A DNA stretch of 39,570 nucleotides from Acutalibacteraceae bacterium (GTDB lineage: Bacteria > Bacillota > Clostridia > Oscillospirales > Acutalibacteraceae), in contig JAXJVR010000041.1 in the NCBI GenBank assembly GCA_036308405.1, forward strand, positions 1 through 39,570, in the 5' to 3' direction. The notes under the pieces are model-generated. The model saw only the letters and a program-made list of their open reading frames with translations. It had not been told where the DNA came from and made no database searches. Position 1 is the stretch's first letter, and each line of letters begins with the position of its first letter. A program made the translations under genes and the position numbers. Shown here piece by piece: positions 34,552 through 39,570 of this stretch.

Positions 34552-35478
34552 CTACATCAAAAAATACTGACCGATTACACGAAGACGCGTTCCCTTTTTA
34601 AATCCGTATTTTTTCATCGTTTTAATTTTTTGTATTTTGGTCATATTCTGCATTTTGCAGTAAGCTTCAAGCAAATTAAGGTCATTTTGGCTTAAATGTT
34701 CACGGTAGCACCTTAGCAAAGCCGATGCTTGAGTGTAGGTTGCGTTATAATTCTTTTTAACTTCGGAAAGTGTCAAAAGTTTGCGCTTAATAAGCGCAAT
34801 ACCGTAAGACGCTTTAGCCCCTACCTGATTATCGCTGTGTTGACGGTAAAGCATTGTAGGTTCGTTTATGCAGACAATTTTACCGAACAACTGCGCCGTT
34901 AGTGCCAACCACCAATCGTGCATAATACAATCATCGGGTATTGCGGCGCATTTTTGCTTTAGGGCGCGGTTTATCATAACCGTGCAACCTGTCACATAAT
35001 TTTGCACCAACAAGCGCGCAGTAGTAATGTTATCTTGATAAAGACGCTGAAATTCAAAAAAAGAATTTGATATAACATTTAGGTTGCTGTCGACAACCTT
35101 TAAATCGCTGTGCACAAGAACGGGTATTTTCCCGCCTTCTTCGGCAGTTTGCATAGCGCAAAGGGTTCTTTCTGCCTTCTCGTGCAACCACACATCGTCC
35201 TGGTCGCAAAACATTATGTAGTCATCATCACAAGACTCTAAAAGATAGGCAAAATTTTTCTTTGCGCTGCCGGTAGAGCCGCCGTTTAAGCAAGAAATAA
35301 TATTCGGATATTTCAAGCGGTAAGACTCTATAATCTGCGCGGAGCTATCGGTAGAGCCGTCATCATGAATGACGATTTTTATATCTTTTAGCGTTTGATT
35401 AAGTATTGACTCAATCTGCTCTTTTAAATATTTTTCACCGTTATAAACGGCAAGCAAAACCGTAACCGTGATTTTCAC
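34552..35478 (-). CDS. Glycosyltransferase family 2 (rhamnosyltransferase-like)
   Basis: VLLAVYNGEKYLKEQIESILNQT...DDGSTDSS...FCDQDDVW is a GT-A fold with a DxD motif. Confidence 0.8.
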   Translation of the reverse strand: MKITVTVLLAVYNGEKYLKEQIESILNQTLKDIKIVIHDDGSTDSSAQIIESYRLKYPNIISCLNGGSTGSAKKNFAYLLESCDDDYIMFCDQDDVWLHEKAERTLCAMQTAEEGGKIPVLVHSDLKVVDSNLNVISNSFFEFQRLYQDNITTARLLVQNYVTGCTVMINRALKQKCAAIPDDCIMHDWWLALTAQLFGKIVCINEPTMLYRQHSDNQVGAKASYGIALIKRKLLTLSEVKKNYNATYTQASALLRCYREHLSQNDLNLLEAYCKMQNMTKIQKIKTMKKYGFKKGTRLRVIGQYFLM

Positions 35479-35499
35479 CGCCTATAAAACAAATTTAGG

Positions 35500-37227
35500 T
35501 TAATCGTGACTGTAATCGTAATCGCCGTCATTGCCTATAAGTCCGTCGGCAAGTTCATCGCCTTTGTAAGAATTTACATAAATTTCTATATAACTCTCGG
35601 CGGTAACCTTTTCACCCGGCTCTATAGACTGACCGAGCACCATACCCGGTTGAGAGTCGACATCATACTTTTCTACAACTACAATGTTGTCATACAAAAA
35701 GCCTTGTTTAAGAAGTTCCATTTGAGCGCTCATCTGGTCGAGTCCGACAACATTTGCAACACTGAACTCTTTAGGTCCTAAACTTATAGTAACCTGTATT
35801 TCGGTTTCGTTTTCGACCTCTTTGCCTGCTTCAAGCGACTGCGCGCATATCATACCGCGAGCATATTTATCGGAATATTCTTTACCCTTTATTGTAAATT
35901 TAAAACGCTCATAAATTTCATCGGCGTCTTCTTCGGTCAGTTCATAAAAATACTTACCGGTAATGTCGGGAACCTGATAGAGTATAACCGATTCAACTGC
36001 ATCAGAGTCAACATCGCCGATTTTATCAACTTGAGGCACAGACACATTGTCCGAAGTGTTATACAAAATTTCTCCGCTGCCGAAAATACTGTCTTTGAAT
36101 ACCGTAAAGCACAAAATTATACCCACCGCCAAAAAAATCGCCGCGGTTACACCGCAAGAAACTGCGGCATACTTAACACCGCTTGTCTTACCGTGCTTTT
36201 TGGGTGCTTCGGGTTCTTTTGCCTTTTGCTCGGCTGCTCGGCTGTTTGCCGCGCGACGAATGTTTTCTTGTGTTTCGCCGTATACCAACTCGTTTTTAAA
36301 TGTTTCTATGCTGTCGGTCCGTTTGTGAGGGTCAACCTGCATACCGTTGGCAATCGCCACAAGCACCTGACGCGGCAGTTCATCGGCAAAATGCGCCGGA
36401 ATAGAAAGGCTGTCACTTGAAAGCCTTGTTTCACTTGAAGGCGGAACAGTGCCTATAAGCACACGGAAAAGCGTTGCGCTTAAAGCATAAACATCGGTAT
36501 ATGCGCCGAGTGCAACACCCGACTTGCCATACTGTTCGGACGCCGCATAGCCGTTATAAAGCTCGGCAGGACTGTCTGCAGAAGCCATACGCAAACGCGG
36601 TATGCAAATGCCCGCAAGACGCAACTTACCGTCGCGGCCTACCATAACGGTTTCGGGTGAAATACCGCCGTGAATAATGCCCATTTCGTGCAGACCCTTA
36701 ACCGTGTCGATAAGGGGTAAAAACAACGGTCTTGCCTGCTCCCAACGCAAACTTCCGCCGTTGCGGTCAAGAAAACTTTGCAGTGTTATTACCGATATAA
36801 CCGGCGTTACGGCATAGGCTGTGCCGTTTTCTTCAAAAACGGTAAGCACCGGAATAACCGCCTGAAGCTCGGTTGCAATGAGCCGTTTATTGATTTCGAT
36901 AAAATCAATAAGTCCTTCGTTAAATACAAACTCGTTACCCGTAATAACCGAAACCGTTTTGTCGGGATTGCGGACCGAAATACCTTTAGGATAATATTCT
37001 TTAATATGAACTGCGGTATCGGAAGAATTATCCCACGCAAGATATGTAATGCCTTCGGTGCTTTGCGATAACGCTTTGCCTACAAAGTAACGCTCTGACA
37101 GCAAAAACTTTACGGGCAGGCAATTTTTATCATTTTGGCTTGACATATCATAACCGCATACACTGCATATTTTTTCGCCGCCGTTGTCATTCATACAGCC
37201 GGGGCATAATCTGTCGGTGTTTAACAT
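35500..37227 (-). CDS. Zinc-ribbon / degenerate Ser-Thr kinase-like domain / TM / 2x PASTA membrane protein
   Basis: N-terminal CPGC...CSVC motif. The kinase fold has IHGGISPET in place of HRDxKPxN and LAG in place of DFG, and no GxGxxG loop. One TM segment (AAVSCGVTAAIFLAVGIILCF) is followed by two PASTA-like repeats (VPDITGK..., VANVVGLDQ...). Confidence 0.75.
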   Translation of the reverse strand: MLNTDRLCPGCMNDNGGEKICSVCGYDMSSQNDKNCLPVKFLLSERYFVGKALSQSTEGITYLAWDNSSDTAVHIKEYYPKGISVRNPDKTVSVITGNEFVFNEGLIDFIEINKRLIATELQAVIPVLTVFEENGTAYAVTPVISVITLQSFLDRNGGSLRWEQARPLFLPLIDTVKGLHEMGIIHGGISPETVMVGRDGKLRLAGICIPRLRMASADSPAELYNGYAASEQYGKSGVALGAYTDVYALSATLFRVLIGTVPPSSETRLSSDSLSIPAHFADELPRQVLVAIANGMQVDPHKRTDSIETFKNELVYGETQENIRRAANSRAAEQKAKEPEAPKKHGKTSGVKYAAVSCGVTAAIFLAVGIILCFTVFKDSIFGSGEILYNTSDNVSVPQVDKIGDVDSDAVESVILYQVPDITGKYFYELTEEDADEIYERFKFTIKGKEYSDKYARGMICAQSLEAGKEVENETEIQVTISLGPKEFSVANVVGLDQMSAQMELLKQGFLYDNIVVVEKYDVDSQPGMVLGQSIEPGEKVTAESYIEIYVNSYKGDELADGLIGNDGDYDYSHD

Positions 37228-37300
37228 AACGACCTCCGTAAAAATTAAAAATAAAATGCAATAAGATTATTATAGCATAAATTTAACCGAATTACAAGTT

Positions 37301-37984
37301 TTAAGCCTTTTGGTCTATCTGTATCAGTTTTTTAAACACACAGGTGTGGTGTTCGGTAATAACGCGGTCTTCGTGCAGTGAGCCAAAATACCAATGCTTA
37401 TAAGAACAGGACCTGCCTATTTCTTCAAGATAGCCGTTAAGCTTGTTAACGCTGTCGTTGTCACCGCGTCGCAACAGCATTGCGCTTTTTACACGGGCAG
37501 GCGGTTCGTGGGTTATTATGTAGTCAACCTTACACCCTGCTTCATCAAGCATACGGGCGCCGTCCGCCATTTCGGCAGGTGTTGCCTCTTCACTGCGCCA
37601 CCAAAAGCCCTCTGCAACACGCATATCTTTATCGGTGCTTTCACCGCCGCCGAAGGTAAAGTATTTATTGCCGTCAATTTCAAAAATCTGACCGCGCATT
37701 AAATGCAGCAAATTGCCCTTTATTCTGTGAACCTTTCCGCCTTTCCAAACGGTTTCACGGCAACGGTTTATTTTATCAAGATTATCGTGTGTGCCCTCTA
37801 CAAAAGCAGTTACAAACTTGCGCTTTGCAAAATAATTTACAACCTGCTTTTCAAGTTTTGAGCCGTCAAATATATATCCGAAATCACCGCACACGATAAG
37901 AATATCGCCCTTTTTAAGCTTGCGGAATTCTTTACTGTAAAGACGCTCTACATCACCGTGCATATCGCCTGTTATATAAACCAT
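37301..37984 (-). CDS. Calcineurin-like metallophosphoesterase
   Basis: GDMHGD, CGDFG, GTHDN and ITHEPP motifs. Confidence 0.8.
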   Translation of the reverse strand: MVYITGDMHGDVERLYSKEFRKLKKGDILIVCGDFGYIFDGSKLEKQVVNYFAKRKFVTAFVEGTHDNLDKINRCRETVWKGGKVHRIKGNLLHLMRGQIFEIDGNKYFTFGGGESTDKDMRVAEGFWWRSEEATPAEMADGARMLDEAGCKVDYIITHEPPARVKSAMLLRRGDNDSVNKLNGYLEEIGRSCSYKHWYFGSLHEDRVITEHHTCVFKKLIQIDQKA

Positions 37985-38075
37985 ATTTTCACCGCCGATT
38001 TTTTGTATTTTTTACTTTATTTTTATAAGTTTGTAATGTATAATAATACTATACCATATATTTAAGGAGATTTCT

Positions 38076-39395
38076 ATGCTTAAAAGAATATTTTCGGCAT
38101 TTTTAATAATTTGTTTAATTTTTATACCGACTTTTACGGTGTCGGCATACGAGCCTACCGGATTTGAAATAACCGCAAAATCGGCTATGCTTGTTTCACT
38201 TGATACAAACGAAGTGCTTTTTGAAAAAAATGCCGATGACAAAGTATACCCTGCGTCAATTACAAAAATAATGACAACCCTGCTTATTCTTGAAAGCGAT
38301 AAATACGACCCCAACGCTAAAATTGCAATGACCGAAGAGGCGCTTGACCTTGTAAGCGGAACGGGCAGTTCGGTTTCTTTGCTTAAAGCCGGTGAAGAAA
38401 TTTCTCAACTTGACCTTGTGTATATGGTGCTTATGTCATCTTACGGCGACTGTGCGTTGCTTGCCGCCGAATACTATTGCGGAAGCGTTGAAAATTTTGT
38501 AGCACAAATGAACGCACGCGCCGCAGAACTCGGACTTGAGGGCACACATTATGAAAACCCGATAGGGCTTCACAGCGAGCAAAATTATACCACCGCGCGC
38601 GACACCTACAAGCTTACCGCCTTTGCTCTGCAAAATCAAACTTTTAAAGAGGTATGCGAAAGCACCCGCCACACAGTGCCTGCTACAAATATGTCGGGTG
38701 AAAGAACACTTTCTACCACAAACTTTTTGCAGGACAACACCACAGAATATTACTATAGCTACGCAAAAGGCGTAAAAACGGGCTACACCGACGAAGCAGG
38801 CAGATGCCTTGTCAGCACGGCAAGTTATAACGGATATAACTATATTTGTGTCGTTTTCGGTTGCCCGCCGGATAAAAAAAATCACTTTACCGAAAGCAAA
38901 GAGCTTTACCGCTGGGCATTTAATAACTTTGAATTTAAAAAGGTTGCCGACAGCGAAAATCCCGTTGCCGAAATAGCAGTTGACCTGTCGCTTAACACAG
39001 ATTTTGTTTCGCTTTATATTGAAGACGGTTTTGTGTCAATATTGCCTAAAGACGCTGATGACTCTACTATAAGCATAGTTGCAAAACCAATAAGCGAAAA
39101 GGTTGACGCGCCTATAAAAAAAGGTGATGTCTTGGGCACGGCCGATATAATATACGCCGAGCAGGTTATAGGCACGGTTAATCTTGTTTCTAACGAAGAT
39201 GTTGAAAAAAGCACCATGCTCGCCGTTTTGCGCACGGTTAAAAATTTCTTTACATCGTCATATATGAAGGTGGTTTATATAATAATAGCCGCGGCTGTTA
39301 TTATATTTATAATCGCAATTATTAAAATGAACAGCACGGGTAAGAAAAAGCGCAAAATAAAATATATGCCCTACGATGAAGATAAAAAGCAGTGA
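38076..39395 (+). CDS. Serine-type D-Ala-D-Ala carboxypeptidase (peptidase S11, PBP5/DacB-like) with a C-terminal TM anchor
   Basis: Signal peptide, SxxK (SITKIMT), KTG (GVKTGYT), a PBP5 C-terminal beta domain and a hydrophobic tail (VVYIIIAAAVIIFIIAII). Confidence 0.85.
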   Translation: MLKRIFSAFLIICLIFIPTFTVSAYEPTGFEITAKSAMLVSLDTNEVLFEKNADDKVYPASITKIMTTLLILESDKYDPNAKIAMTEEALDLVSGTGSSVSLLKAGEEISQLDLVYMVLMSSYGDCALLAAEYYCGSVENFVAQMNARAAELGLEGTHYENPIGLHSEQNYTTARDTYKLTAFALQNQTFKEVCESTRHTVPATNMSGERTLSTTNFLQDNTTEYYYSYAKGVKTGYTDEAGRCLVSTASYNGYNYICVVFGCPPDKKNHFTESKELYRWAFNNFEFKKVADSENPVAEIAVDLSLNTDFVSLYIEDGFVSILPKDADDSTISIVAKPISEKVDAPIKKGDVLGTADIIYAEQVIGTVNLVSNEDVEKSTMLAVLRTVKNFFTSSYMKVVYIIIAAAVIIFIIAIIKMNSTGKKKRKIKYMPYDEDKKQ

Positions 39396-39433
39396 TAAAA
39401 AAGAACCTACCGAAAGGTAGGTTCTTAAATTTT
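39396..39433. terminator. Bidirectional Rho-independent terminator
   Basis: AAGAACCTACC/gaaa/GGTAGGTTCTT with an A-run before and a T-rich tract after. Confidence 0.7.
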
Positions 39434-39442
39434 ACACTAAAA

Positions 39443-39570
39443 TTAAATTGCTGTTTCAAGGGCGATTTGAAGTAATTTTTTATCAAAATCTTTTTTCATT
39501 TTGAGTGCGGTTTCAATATCGTAACTTACAACCTCACTGCCCTTATAAGCTACAACGCGGTTGCCCTCAC
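39443..39570 (-). CDS. 3' end of an unidentified gene (last ~42 codons; the rest lies outside the window)
   Basis: My own translation gives ...EGNRVVAYKGSEVVSYDIETALKMKKDFDKKLLQIALETAI*. It is open to the window edge and followed by a terminator. No family recognised. Confidence 0.3.
   Translation of the reverse strand, partial: EGNRVVAYKGSEVVSYDIETALKMKKDFDKKLLQIALETAI

Noticed and set aside
38012-38314. A 100-aa minus-strand ORF opposite the dac gene start
   Set aside because: It is antisense to the dac signal-peptide region and promoter. It is Ile/Ser-rich and A+T-driven.
1-39570. A search by eye for CRISPR arrays, tRNA/rRNA genes, IS/transposase/integrase genes and long tandem repeats
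   Set aside because: None found. The only notable repeats are terminator stems, the operator palindrome and the 10-bp direct repeat flanking the putative retron ncRNA. A tRNAscan/cmsearch run would be needed to exclude small RNAs formally.

Overview
This window reads as a chromosomal segment of a low-GC, spore-forming Firmicute, probably a Clostridia-type gut or anaerobe lineage. The evidence is spoIIID, AGGAGG-type RBSs, T-box regulation and many Rho-independent terminators. Most of it is housekeeping. That includes a partial YfhO-like membrane protein, a YfbR-like HD nucleotidase, and a Trp T-box-controlled ABC importer (COG2984/COG4120/COG1101 type). It also includes an aminotransferase, SecD/SecF, a dTDP-rhamnose block (rfbD-rfbB-rfbC plus a GT2), a two-gene SufC/SufB-like pair, an EamA transporter, SpoIIID, Nth, an EIIC-like membrane protein, PNPase and S15. 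The rest is HtrA, MalQ with a sugar ABC importer, a ParA/short-ParB/ThrH operon, PepP, a lipoprotein, a GT2, a zinc-ribbon/degenerate-kinase/PASTA protein, a metallophosphoesterase and a D-Ala-D-Ala carboxypeptidase. The stand-out is at 16363-19890 on the minus strand. A retron-type reverse transcriptase (NAxxH, YCDD and VTG motifs) follows a ~190-nt hairpin-rich non-coding stretch that looks like msr/msd. The RT has no recognisable canonical retron effector. Instead it sits at the distal end of a tightly packed operon: DUF2975-like membrane protein, 68-aa HTH, 541-aa polytopic membrane protein. That operon starts from a promoter overlapped by a 39-bp palindromic operator, and the RT lies immediately upstream of spoIIID. 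I saw no rRNA, tRNA, CRISPR array, transposase or integrase. All family names come from motif recognition by eye, not from database searches.
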